Notes: generated from the letters alone by a model not told the origin. A stretch of 41,197 nt of DNA from a virus (IMGVR_UViG_3300037601_000119:1-41197), one strand, 5' to 3'. Shown: positions 7,711-16,520, counted from the stretch's first letter. Numbers and translations: made by a program.

Positions 7711-8018
7711 CCGCCCGCCGCCTTTTCCATCTCCTTCGCGGCAAGCCCTTGTCCGCGGAGCGCACCCGCCGGGGAAGTTCCCTGAGACGTCTCCCCTCCG
7801 AGACCCTGGCGCGTGCGTGTGTGTTCGTAACGCGCTGCGGTCCCCTGATCCCACCTGCCGCACGCGCCAGCCTGCCGGATCGCCGCAGCCCCCTGCGCTC
7901 CGGCAGGCGTCCCCTTTTGCGTGTGTCCCCCTCATGCCCATTCCCCCAGTGGACGGTGAGACCGTGCCACGGGGGAGGTCGGGCCATCCATTCCAATCCC
8001 TCGGAGAAAGCGGAATGA
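7707..8018 (+). CDS. Hypothetical ORF between cro and cII-like (may be mainly structured RNA)
   Basis: ATGA coupling at both ends, but Arg/Pro/Ser-rich low-quality composition. Confidence 0.35.
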   Translation: MTARRLFHLLRGKPLSAERTRRGSSLRRLPSETLARACVFVTRCGPLIPPAARASLPDRRSPLRSGRRPLLRVSPSCPFPQWTVRPCHGGGRAIHSNPSEKAE

Positions 8019-8512
8019 CCAAGCGCCGCACGCCCGGCACGTTCGAAGCGGCCGCGCACCAGATCCTTGCCCGGTTCGGGGAAGGGGCCGGTGACCTGAT
8101 CGGCCTGAAGGGCGCGAGCCGGATTCGCAAGGCGACCGATGTCGACAGCGACAATCACTCGCCGCTCAACCTCGTGCAGGCCCTGACGCTTGACCTCGCC
8201 TATCACGCCGAGACGGGGGAGGGGTTTCCCCATTTCGAGGCCTATCGGGCGCAGGTCGAGGGGTTTGACGGCGGCAAGCCGGTGAGCCCGGTCGCGCGCC
8301 TGGCTGCGATTTCGACCGAGGCCAGCGATGTGGGGCGCGTGTTTGCCGCCGCGATGGACCCGTCGAGCCCCGGAGGCGTGACGATCACGCCGCTCGAGGC
8401 GGACGAGATTGCGCGGGAAGGCGACGAGGCCATCCGCGCCATTCGCAACGCCGTCGCGGACGCGCAGCGCCTGGCACGCGGCCGGGTGGATTCGGCAGAG
8501 GAGGGCGCGTGA
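8015..8512 (+). CDS. CII-like phage regulatory protein
   Basis: ATG 8015 after a GGAGA RBS; position after cro; C-terminal [13 protein letters not shown]...[12 protein letters not shown] typical of the phage CII family. Confidence 0.65.
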   Translation: MTKRRTPGTFEAAAHQILARFGEGAGDLIGLKGASRIRKATDVDSDNHSPLNLVQALTLDLAYHAETGEGFPHFEAYRAQVEGFDGGKPVSPVARLAAISTEASDVGRVFAAAMDPSSPGGVTITPLEADEIAREGDEAIRAIRNAVADAQRLARGRVDSAEEGA

Positions 8513-8670
8513 TGCCGGATCTCGTCACCGAGGCGGCCCGCCGGAAATGGGCCGAGACCCGCAAGCGCCGGATTGCCGCCCCGCATGGGCGCATCCGGCA
8601 GAGACAATCGGAATTGCAGGCGGCGATGACCGCACGGCTGAAGGCCGAGGAAGAGGAGCTGCGCCGATGA
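8512..8670 (+). CDS. Small basic hypothetical protein (not in the ORF track)
   Basis: Hand translation [52 protein letters not shown]; coupled to both neighbours. Confidence 0.7.
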   Translation: MPDLVTEAARRKWAETRKRRIAAPHGRIRQRQSELQAAMTARLKAEEEELRR

Positions 8671-8957
8671 GCGAGGCAAACCCCGACCGCATGGACACCG
8701 GAGCGGAGGGCCATCTCCGCGCTTTCGTGGCGCGCATCGAGCGCCTCGAGGAGGACAAGAAGGCCGTCACCGCCGACATCAAGGAGGTCTATTCAGAGGC
8801 CAAGGCGATGGGCTTCGACACGAAGATCCTGCGCCAGGTCGTCCGCCTGAGGAAGATCGACCGCAATGAGCGCCAGGAAGCCGAGGCGCTGCTGGAGCTT
8901 TATCTCGGCGCGGTCGAGGGCGCGCCGCTGTTCGATGCGGCGAGGGCGGCGGAATGA
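8667..8957 (+). CDS. gapR: GapR / DUF2312 nucleoid-associated protein homolog
   Basis: [47 protein letters not shown] matches the DUF2312 signature; GAGGAG RBS. Confidence 0.92.
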   Translation: MSEANPDRMDTGAEGHLRAFVARIERLEEDKKAVTADIKEVYSEAKAMGFDTKILRQVVRLRKIDRNERQEAEALLELYLGAVEGAPLFDAARAAE

Positions 8958-9388
8958 TCCGCAACGGCTGGCCCGTCCGATCTGATGACTATCCGAATAC
9001 GGCGACCCCGGCGCCGTTGAACCCGCCAAACACGGGCAGCTCAGGCCGCAAGGTTTCCGATGCGCGGCAAGTGCGGACCGTCCAGCCCCTGCGCCTGACG
9101 CGCCGGGAGCGGGACGCGCTCATCCTGATCGAGAAGTCGATCGAGACGCGCGGCCAGGCGCCATCCATCCGGGAATTCCGGGATGCGCTGGGCGCGAGCG
9201 TTTCGGGCGTGCTGTCGGTGATCGATCACCTCGAGCGCAAGGGCCGGATCGTGAAGCGCCCGGGGCGCGCCCGCGGCCTGACGATCCTCCACCGCTGGGA
9301 GCCGGGCGAAGAGCCTGCCGGGTCGATGAAGGACGTGGCGATCAGCCTGCGGCGGATGGCGGAACGGATTGAAAGGGTGAGGGCATGA
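8954..9388 (+). CDS. LexA-type winged-helix DNA-binding domain protein (no peptidase domain)
   Basis: [12 protein letters not shown]...[19 protein letters not shown]...LERKGRI...ARGL. Confidence 0.8.
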   Translation: MIRNGWPVRSDDYPNTATPAPLNPPNTGSSGRKVSDARQVRTVQPLRLTRRERDALILIEKSIETRGQAPSIREFRDALGASVSGVLSVIDHLERKGRIVKRPGRARGLTILHRWEPGEEPAGSMKDVAISLRRMAERIERVRA

Positions 9389-9969
9389 CATTCTGGACCG
9401 ACGCACGCACGGAGCAGCTGACCAAGCTGTGGAATGACGGCATCCCCGCCAGCATGATCGCGCAGCTTCTGGGTGGCACGACGAAGAACGCCGTCGTCAG
9501 CAAGGCCAACCGGATCGGCCTGCCTGCCCGGGATGATCCGTCGTGGCGCAATGCCCGGCTTGTTCTCAGCACCGGAATCGCAGCCGGCGCAAAGCGGGAT
9601 GGCAAGGGCCAGCCGATCGGGCGGCCGCGCAATCCCCGCACGCGCCAGAGCGCGCCGCCGGAGACGAAGACGCGCAAGCGCACTTCGGTGCAGCCGCCGG
9701 AACCCGCCAAGCCGTCGCTGAACCTGTCCATTCTCGACCTGGGCGCGCGCCAGTGCCGATATTCGACCGGCGAGGGCGCGTCTGGCGATTTTCTGTTCTG
9801 CGGGCATGAGACGGCGCCGGGCAGCTCGTACTGCCCCGCTCATCGTCAACTGACGGTCAATCACATCGCCATGGAGCGGCACCGCAAGCGCAAGCCGCTG
9901 GACGACCGGGACCGCCAGAAGCTGGCGGACCTGCGCCGCGCGGCCGGACAGACGAGGGCGATGGGATGA
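9385..9969 (+). CDS. gcrA: GcrA cell-cycle regulator homolog
   Basis: WTDARTEQLTKLWNDG...IAQLLGGTTKNAVVSKANRIGL and C-terminal ILDL...QCRY...FCG...SYCPAH. Confidence 0.93.
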   Translation: MTFWTDARTEQLTKLWNDGIPASMIAQLLGGTTKNAVVSKANRIGLPARDDPSWRNARLVLSTGIAAGAKRDGKGQPIGRPRNPRTRQSAPPETKTRKRTSVQPPEPAKPSLNLSILDLGARQCRYSTGEGASGDFLFCGHETAPGSSYCPAHRQLTVNHIAMERHRKRKPLDDRDRQKLADLRRAAGQTRAMG

Positions 9970-10376
9970 AGCGCCGCAAGCTGACCCGCGCCCAGAAGAT
10001 CGAGATCGTGGACGCGCAGGACGGGATCTGCCCGGACTGCGGGAACCCCCTGTCGGTCGGGAACATCCATTTCGACCATCGCCGCGAGCGCCGCATGGCC
10101 CCGGACGAAGAGACGGCAAGGGAGCTGGAGCAGCTCGACAACTTCGCGGCCATCTGTGCCGATCCCTGCCACAAGGCGAAGACGAAGGCCTTCGACCGCA
10201 TCCATGCCAAGGCGAAGCGCCAGGGCGGAGAGTCGGGCCAGTACGCCAAGCGGGAGAAGGCGAAGGCCGAGGGCAAGCACAGGGCGATCCGCTCGCGCGG
10301 CTTCCAGACCAATCGCGACGGCCGCTTCAAGGCGAAGATCGGTGGCGGCATCAGCGTGCGCACGGAGGGGCTGTAG
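9966..10376 (+). CDS. HNH endonuclease
   Basis: CPDCG...FDH...DNFAAIC.DPCHKAKT. Confidence 0.8.
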   Translation: MKRRKLTRAQKIEIVDAQDGICPDCGNPLSVGNIHFDHRRERRMAPDEETARELEQLDNFAAICADPCHKAKTKAFDRIHAKAKRQGGESGQYAKREKAKAEGKHRAIRSRGFQTNRDGRFKAKIGGGISVRTEGL

Positions 10377-11045
10377 ATGGGCCGGCATCTGCCCACACGC
10401 TGGCCTGCGGTGTCGCTGATCACCGAGAAGGCCCGGAGGCTGCTGTCACCGCGCGCGACCTCGAGCGACGTGACGCTGCCCGCCGGGCCGTTCGGCTGCA
10501 TTCTCGCTGATCCGCCGTGGCAGTTCGCCACCTATGGCGGCGCGAAGGCCGTGCCGACCCAGAGCGCCGATCCGTACGCGACGATGTCGCTGGATCAGCT
10601 TGCATCCCTGCCGGTCGCCAAGGCGGCCGCAAAGGACTGTGCGCTGTTCATGTGGGTGGTCGACAGCCATTTCGACCAGGCACTGGAACTCGGTGCCCGC
10701 TGGGGGTTCACGTTCAAGACGTGCGCCTTCGTCTGGGTGAAGAGCCGGGGGCCGCACCTGCGCCCGGATCTGGGCATGGGCTACTGGACGCGAAAGCAGA
10801 CCGAGCAGTGCTGGCTGTTCACGCGGGGCAAGCCGAAGCCGCTGGGGCGAGGGGTGGAGCAGGCGCTGTTCTGCGGCCGCGGCGCACACAGCGCCAAGCC
10901 CGAGGAACAGTATGAGCGCATCGAGGCGCTGGTCGGCGGCCCGTATCTCGAACTGTTTGCACGCCAGACGCGCGCCGGCTGGTCGGCGTGGGGCAACCAG
11001 ACAACGGCCCGGGACGGCCTGTTCGGCACGGGAGCGGCGGCATGA
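10377..11045 (+). CDS. MT-A70 family adenine methyltransferase
   Basis: ILADPPW, LFMW, MGYWTR..TE, HSAKP, YLELFAR and GWSAWGNQ motifs. Confidence 0.93.
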   Translation: MGRHLPTRWPAVSLITEKARRLLSPRATSSDVTLPAGPFGCILADPPWQFATYGGAKAVPTQSADPYATMSLDQLASLPVAKAAAKDCALFMWVVDSHFDQALELGARWGFTFKTCAFVWVKSRGPHLRPDLGMGYWTRKQTEQCWLFTRGKPKPLGRGVEQALFCGRGAHSAKPEEQYERIEALVGGPYLELFARQTRAGWSAWGNQTTARDGLFGTGAAA

Positions 11046-11854
11046 GCGATATCAGCCCTATTGCGCCGCTGAAGATGCCGGATGTGACCCCTGCGACGCC
11101 GGGTCCGCGCCCTGAATTCGCGTGGCTGCCGGTCAGCGCCCTTGTCGTCGATCGCCGCTATCAGCGGGAAATCAGCGAACGGTCGGTGAAGATGATCCGG
11201 CGCATCGTTTCGACCTTTGACTGGTCGCGCGTGCGCCCGGCGACGGTCGCGCGCCGCGAGGACGGCCTGTTCGAGGTGATCGACGGCCAGCACCTGGCGA
11301 CCGCCATTGCCAGCCATCCCGGGCTTGACGAGGTGCCGTGCCTGATCACGACGCCGGCGGACCGCGCCGAGCGGGCCCGTGCCTTTGTCGGCGTGAACCG
11401 GGACCGGGTCGCGATGACGCCGCTGCAGATCTTCAAGGCGGACCTCGAGGCCGGGGACGCTGTCGCGCTTGCGACCGACGCGGGTGTGACCGAGGGTGGC
11501 GGCCGGATACTGCGCTCGCCCCCGGTCAATGGCCGCTACGGCGTCGGAGACACGGTGGCGATCGGGGCACTGCGCCGCGTTGCCGAGCGTAAGGGGAAAG
11601 CCGGCACGGCCCGGCTTGTGCGAATCTGTGTCGCTGCCCGCATGGCCCCGATCCCGGCGCGCCTGGTGCAGGCTGTCGAAGCCCTGCTGTGGTCGCACGA
11701 TTACGCCGGCGAGATTTCCGACACGCAGATATCGACCGCGATCCTGCGGCGCGGCTTCAGCCAGCTCGACGCCGAGGCGGCTGCATCCAAGGAAGCGACC
11801 GGTGACACGCTCTGGCGGGCGCTGACGATCGCGATCTGGAGGGCTGCCGAATGA
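11042..11854 (+). CDS. ParB/Srx-like N-terminal domain protein (DUF6551-like)
   Basis: LVVDRRYQR...FEVIDGQH; ATG 11042 coupled to the MTase stop. Confidence 0.78.
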   Translation: MSDISPIAPLKMPDVTPATPGPRPEFAWLPVSALVVDRRYQREISERSVKMIRRIVSTFDWSRVRPATVARREDGLFEVIDGQHLATAIASHPGLDEVPCLITTPADRAERARAFVGVNRDRVAMTPLQIFKADLEAGDAVALATDAGVTEGGGRILRSPPVNGRYGVGDTVAIGALRRVAERKGKAGTARLVRICVAARMAPIPARLVQAVEALLWSHDYAGEISDTQISTAILRRGFSQLDAEAAASKEATGDTLWRALTIAIWRAAE

Positions 11855-12273
11855 TGCAGAACGACCTCGCCCAGAAACTCGCCTTGTCGGAAGCGCAGCG
11901 CGAAGCCCTCGAGGCGGAGAACGCGGCGCTGCGAGAGGAGAATGACGCTTTGCGCCAGCAGCTGGCTTCAGCGGGCTGGCGGCCGCCTGTGGAACTGGGG
12001 CTGACGCCGAACGAGGCGGTCGTCCTCGGCGTACTGATGGCGCGAGACGTCGCCACGAAGGATGCGATCCACACCGCGCTCTACGGCCTTGAAATCGACG
12101 GCGGCGCTGAGCCGAAGATCGTCGACGTCTTTATCTGCAAGATCCGCGCAAAGCTGCGCCGCGCCGGCCTGACCGATGCCATCACGACGGTGTGGGGCGT
12201 CGGATACGCCCTGACCGAAGCCCACAAGACCGAATTGCGCGACTGGGGCGGCACGATGGAGACCGCCGCATGA
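11851..12273 (+). CDS. Coiled coil + OmpR-type winged helix resembling the CtrA DNA-binding domain
   Basis: LYG...EPKIVDVFICKIRAKL...ITTVWGVGY compared with CtrA as recalled (LYG...ELKIIDVFICKLRKKL...IETVWGRGY); no receiver domain. Confidence 0.85.
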   Translation: MMQNDLAQKLALSEAQREALEAENAALREENDALRQQLASAGWRPPVELGLTPNEAVVLGVLMARDVATKDAIHTALYGLEIDGGAEPKIVDVFICKIRAKLRRAGLTDAITTVWGVGYALTEAHKTELRDWGGTMETAA

Positions 12274-12653
12274 CCTGTCTCCGCTGCCAGCAGCTGGACG
12301 CCGAGATCGATCGCCTGACGGCGGAGGTCGAGCGGCTGAAGGCCATGCTGCCTGAAGCCGAGTGGCAGCCCCCGCGCGCGCTTGATCTGACACCCGGGGA
12401 GACACGCCTGGTCCGCGTGCTGCTGTCCCGCACGGCGGCAACCGGAAAGCAGATCTATAGCGCGCTTTATGCCGGCGACCCGTCGGGCGGGCCTGACCCG
12501 AAAGTGGTGCACACCACGGTCTACAACATCCGCCGGAAGATGCGCGCCTACGGGCTGGGCATGGCCCCGTTCAAGACGGGATATCGCGGCTATTACCTGC
12601 CGGAAGGCGTGAAGAACACGCTTCTCGCGTGTGACGCACGGGTGGCGGCATGA
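12270..12653 (+). CDS. Second, diverged coiled coil + winged-helix paralog
   Basis: Shares WxPP.xLxLTPxE...ALY...GG.DPKVV....IRxK...GY layout with the previous ORF; N-terminal CxxC. Confidence 0.78.
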   Translation: MTCLRCQQLDAEIDRLTAEVERLKAMLPEAEWQPPRALDLTPGETRLVRVLLSRTAATGKQIYSALYAGDPSGGPDPKVVHTTVYNIRRKMRAYGLGMAPFKTGYRGYYLPEGVKNTLLACDARVAA

Positions 12654-12883
12654 CGGCCACGACGATCATCCGCGGGCAGTTCCTGACCGCGATTCCCGCG
12701 CACCAGCCGCCGGCCAGCCCCGACGACGGGCCCGGCCCGCTGGGCGTGAACCTCATCACCGCCAATGCGGCGGGAATGACCATGGAGACATGGCTGTCGC
12801 CTGCCATGGCCGCCGCGCTGGGCGCGTCGCTGATCGCGGCGTCCGGGCAGGAGATCGTGAAGATCGGAGGCGGTGATGCCTGA
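12650..12883 (+). CDS. Hypothetical protein
   Basis: Coupled to neighbours in the early-right operon. Confidence 0.6.
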   Translation: MTATTIIRGQFLTAIPAHQPPASPDDGPGPLGVNLITANAAGMTMETWLSPAMAAALGASLIAASGQEIVKIGGGDA

Positions 12884-14303
12884 CGGCATGAATCTCCCTC
12901 CGCTGGGCGATGACACGGGCCTGAAGGCTCGCCCGCACAATCTGGACGCCGAGCAGGCGCTGCTGGGCGCGCTGCTGCTGGACAATGATGTCTGGCAGGA
13001 AGTCGGCGACTGGCTGCGCCCCGAGCATTTCTACGACCCTGTTCATGGCCGGATCTATGACGCGATAGCCGTGCGCTGTGGCCGGGGCAGCCAGGCCGAC
13101 GCCATCGTCCTGAAGAATGATTTCGAGCGGGATGGCGGGATCGAGGAAATCGGCGGCACGGCCTATCTGGCGACCCTTCTGGAAAGCGCGGCCGATTCCG
13201 CCTCTGCGGTGGAATACGGCAAGCTGGTGTTCGACCTGTCGCGCCGCAGGGAGCTGATCCGCATCGGCGAGCAGATGATTGCCGCGGCCGACGAGGCCGG
13301 GCCCGACATTCATTCCGGCAGCCTGATCGAGGGGGCGGAGGCGCGGCTGTTCGCGCTGGCGGAAACCAGCGGCGGGCGCAAGGCGGTGACATTCGCCGCC
13401 GCGCTGGCCCAGACGCTGGAAATGGCCGCCGCGGCCTATCAGAGCGAGGGCGGGCTATCTGGCCTGTCGTCGTCGCTGAAGGCGCTTGATCGCAAGCTGG
13501 GCGGGCTGCACCCGTCCGACCTGATCATCCTGGCCGGGCGGCCCTCCATGGGCAAGACGGCGCTGGCGACGAATATCGCCTTCCAGGCGGCCCGGGCCGG
13601 CAAGCCGGTCGGCTTCTTCAGCCTGGAGATGAGCGCCGAGCAGCTGTCGACCCGCATCCTGTCGGACTACACCGGGATTCCGAGCCACATCATCCGCCGC
13701 GGCGAGATCACCGCAGACCAGTTCGAAGAGATCCGCGACGCCACGCTGCAGCTGCAATCGGCGCCGCTCTATATCGACGACACGGGCGGGCTGATGATCC
13801 ATTCGCTGTGCGCCAGCGCGCGGCGGATGAAGCGGCTCTACGGGCTGGAATTGCTGGTCGTCGACTATCTGCAGCTGGCGCACGCCCAGACGCGCGACCG
13901 CAATGCGAACCGGACCGCCGAGGTTTCCGAAATCACCATGGCGCTGAAAGCCTTGGCGAAGGAACTTAAGATTCCGGTGCTGGCTCTGTCGCAGCTGTCG
14001 CGCCAGGTGGAGCAGCGGCCGGACAAGCGCCCGCAGCTGTCCGACCTGCGCGAGAGCGGATCGATCGAGCAGGACGCCGACGTGGTGATGTTCGTCTACC
14101 GCGAGGCCTACTACAAGGAACGGGAAAAGCCCGATCCCGGCGGGGCGGACTATCTGGCCTGGCAGGACGAGTTCGACGCGATCAAGCACAAGGCCGAGAT
14201 CATAATCGGCAAGCAGCGCCACGGGCCGATCGGCACGGTCGACGTGCATTTCGACGGGGCGCGCACACGGTTTTCAGACATCGACACGAGGCATGAGCCA
14301 TGA
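12876..14303 (+). CDS. dnaB: Replicative DNA helicase
   Basis: PHNLDAEQALLG, Walker A AGRPSMGKT, FSLEM, VVDYLQL, LSQLSR, DLRESGSIEQDAD and KQRHGP motifs. Confidence 0.97.
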   Translation: MPDGMNLPPLGDDTGLKARPHNLDAEQALLGALLLDNDVWQEVGDWLRPEHFYDPVHGRIYDAIAVRCGRGSQADAIVLKNDFERDGGIEEIGGTAYLATLLESAADSASAVEYGKLVFDLSRRRELIRIGEQMIAAADEAGPDIHSGSLIEGAEARLFALAETSGGRKAVTFAAALAQTLEMAAAAYQSEGGLSGLSSSLKALDRKLGGLHPSDLIILAGRPSMGKTALATNIAFQAARAGKPVGFFSLEMSAEQLSTRILSDYTGIPSHIIRRGEITADQFEEIRDATLQLQSAPLYIDDTGGLMIHSLCASARRMKRLYGLELLVVDYLQLAHAQTRDRNANRTAEVSEITMALKALAKELKIPVLALSQLSRQVEQRPDKRPQLSDLRESGSIEQDADVVMFVYREAYYKEREKPDPGGADYLAWQDEFDAIKHKAEIIIGKQRHGPIGTVDVHFDGARTRFSDIDTRHEP

Positions 14304-15217
14304 GCCACCAGCATTCCGACTGGGCGGTCGAAGCCCGCTGTGACAGCGCCAGCGAGAAAGCGATCCTGATGCTGATCGCCAACTATGCCGGCAGCGACGG
14401 CACCTGCTATCCCGGGCAGGAGACGCTGGCGCGCCAGGCGTGCTGCAGCGTGAAGACGGTCGAGCGGGCGCTGAAGGCGTTCGAGGACCGGGGCTGGATT
14501 TCCCGCGTGCCGCGCCGCCGCCGCGACGGGTCTCGCACGTCCGATCTGATCTGTATCCTGGCCGTCGGGGCACCGGAACCGATCGAGAACGCACAACCCG
14601 ACATTTTGTCGGGTAGGGGCGAACCAACCCGACATCCTGTCCAAGCCAACCCGACATCCTGTCCGAACCAACCCGACACCATGTCGGGGCTCACTTCGTT
14701 TGAACCCCCAGTGGAACCATTAGGGGAAGAGGGCGCGCGCGCGACCCCGGATCGGGATCGATCGGAACCCGACCCGGTGGAGCCGACACCGGAGGCGTGT
14801 GAGCGGTTCGCCGCCGCCTATCCGGCCGCCGGGATGGCGAACATCGCCCGGGCCGACCTGCCTCTGATGCTGGGCCCGGCGGCGGTGCGCCTGAAATCCA
14901 TGCCGCGCCTGATCGCCGCGGCGAAGGCCTATGCCAAGCGCTGCGAGAAGCATGACACGAAGCCGCTGTCCCTGCGCAACTGGCTGGCCAACCGGTCGCT
15001 CGTCGCCGAGTGCGCCGCGGAGGGCGCGGGCCTGCCGCGAACGGGGCAGGGCGCATCCGCCGGTCAGCGTGACGCGACCTATTGGCGCTCGCATGTCGCC
15101 TATTTCGCCAACGAGGGTGTCTGGCGCGGCGAGGGGCCGGCACCGGGCGCGCCCGGATGCCAGGCGCCGGCGGAGATCCTGAAGCAGTACGGCCTCGGGC
15201 CGAAGGAGGCCGCGTGA
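14300..15217 (+). CDS. Phage replication initiator (N-terminal HTH)
   Basis: KAILMLIANYA...CYPGQETLARQACCSVKTVERALKAFEDRGWI; internal iteron array. Confidence 0.85.
   Translation: MSHQHSDWAVEARCDSASEKAILMLIANYAGSDGTCYPGQETLARQACCSVKTVERALKAFEDRGWISRVPRRRRDGSRTSDLICILAVGAPEPIENAQPDILSGRGEPTRHPVQANPTSCPNQPDTMSGLTSFEPPVEPLGEEGARATPDRDRSEPDPVEPTPEACERFAAAYPAAGMANIARADLPLMLGPAAVRLKSMPRLIAAAKAYAKRCEKHDTKPLSLRNWLANRSLVAECAAEGAGLPRTGQGASAGQRDATYWRSHVAYFANEGVWRGEGPAPGAPGCQAPAEILKQYGLGPKEAA
14594..14685 (+). repeat. Four 17-bp iterons, putative replication origin
   Basis: CAACCCGACA-NNN-TGTC starting at 14594, 14625, 14647 and 14669. Confidence 0.88.
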
Positions 15218-15858
15218 CCAGCCCTCGCCACGCACGCCGCGCAGCAGCGCGCCTTCGCCAGCCGCAGCGCCGTGAGCGGTTGACCAGCCGCGAGATGGAG
15301 CACGCGGAAGGCCTGATGTGGTTCGCGCTGACCACGGCGCCGCAGCGGGAAGCCCACGCCGAGAAGGCGCTGAAGGATCTGGGTGCGTCCTACGGCTTTT
15401 CCGCGTTCACGCCGCTGGAGCACCGCTATCGCCGGCGCAGCCGGTTCAAGCCAAACGAGCAGGTGAAGTTCAACACGCCCGCTTATCCCCGCTATGTCTT
15501 CATCGGCGTCGACAAGGCGATCTGGGCGGGCCTGCCATGGCATCTCGCGCAGCAGGTGACCTTCATCAAGGGCTATCTGGCCAATAGCGAAGGGCGGCCG
15601 GTCGTCCTCTCCGGCAATGCCGTCGCCCAGATCATGCGCGCGAGCCAGACGCCGCTGTTCGATACCGCGCGGCCCGAGATCGACGGACCGGTCGAGGTCT
15701 GCGAGGTGATCCATCCCGGCGAGACAGTGGAGGTGATTGGCGGGCTGTTGCGCGGCGTGCGCTTCACCGTCGCCCGGCGCATCGGGTCGAGCCTGATCAT
15801 CGAGGGTCAGGCCGCGCCGATCGAGATCCCGCACGAGCTGGTGAGGCGGGCGTCGTGA
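15214..15858 (+). CDS. NusG-family antiterminator (NGN + KOW) in the Q position
   Basis: WFALTTAPQRE...PAYPRYVFI and KOW-like PGETVEVIGG; last early gene; GTG after an AAGGAGG RBS. Confidence 0.82.
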   Translation: MTSPRHARRAAARLRQPQRRERLTSREMEHAEGLMWFALTTAPQREAHAEKALKDLGASYGFSAFTPLEHRYRRRSRFKPNEQVKFNTPAYPRYVFIGVDKAIWAGLPWHLAQQVTFIKGYLANSEGRPVVLSGNAVAQIMRASQTPLFDTARPEIDGPVEVCEVIHPGETVEVIGGLLRGVRFTVARRIGSSLIIEGQAAPIEIPHELVRRAS

Positions 15859-15866
15859 GCGTTTCC

Positions 15867-16005
15867 TTGACAGAGGCCATCGCCTTCGGCGATGATTGCG
15901 CGAAATCCGGCGATCCGCGGCGCTGCCATAACGGCAGAGAGGCCCGGCCGGTGACGGGTGTCGGTGAGGCACTGACCGCCCGCAATGTGTCCCGAGAGAT
16001 GAGCC
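15867..16005 (+). promoter_or_regulatory. Putative late promoter and structured leader
   Basis: Consensus TTGACA at 15867; inverted repeats at 15878-15894, 15923-15937 and 15955-15982; -10 element unclear. Confidence 0.55.
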
Positions 16006-16356
16006 ATGAAGCGCCCGCGCCGCGATGACCGCAGCGCCGAGGCGCGCGCTTATCGTCGGCTGTACAAGACAGGCGAGTGGAAGGCGCTGCGTGCGCGGCA
16101 GCTTGCTGAGCAGCCGCTGTGTCAGCGGCACCTGCAGAAGGGCCAGCTCCGCGCGGCGACGGTCGTGAACCACAAGCGCCCGCACCAGGGCGACCGCACG
16201 CTCTTTCGCGACCCAGACAACCTCGAGTCCGTCTGCAAGGAATGCCATGACGGCCTGATCCAGTCCGAAGAGCGTCTCGGCTTTTCGAAGGAGATCGGCT
16301 CGGACGGTTTTCCGACCGACCCTCGGCACCCGGTGAACCGCGATGTCGATTGTTGA
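16006..16356 (+). CDS. Packaging-associated HNH endonuclease (HK97 gp74-like)
   Basis: W...R...L...PLC...ATVVNHKRPHQGD..LF.D.DNLESVCKECHD; immediately upstream of terS. Confidence 0.9.
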   Translation: MKRPRRDDRSAEARAYRRLYKTGEWKALRARQLAEQPLCQRHLQKGQLRAATVVNHKRPHQGDRTLFRDPDNLESVCKECHDGLIQSEERLGFSKEIGSDGFPTDPRHPVNRDVDC

Positions 16357-16409
16357 CCAGATGGAAACAGTCGAGCCTCAAACATTGCCGAAACATTACA
16401 GAAATGTGG

Positions 16410-16520
16410 CAATGAAGGGTGGGGGCGGGTCAAAAGTCCCCGCCAAAGCGCAGGGGACCGGCGCGGGGGTTTTTTGTGCACAACCGCGAATTAAAATCCT
16501 GGGATTTTTAATTCCAGACA
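16410..16520. other. Probable cos/packaging region
   Basis: Intergenic HNH-terS position typical of cos phages; G-run then CAAAAGT; AT-rich near-palindrome AATTAAAATCCTGGGATTTTTAATT at 16489-16513. Confidence 0.5.

Noticed and set aside
14594-14685. Repeat array as a possible CRISPR
   Set aside because: Repeats are 17 bp with 5-14 bp gaps, lie inside a coding gene and have no cas genes nearby; they fit iterons.
16491-16511. Possible CtrA box near cos
   Set aside because: The two TTAA half-sites are 13 nt apart rather than 7; more likely a packaging-related AT-rich site.
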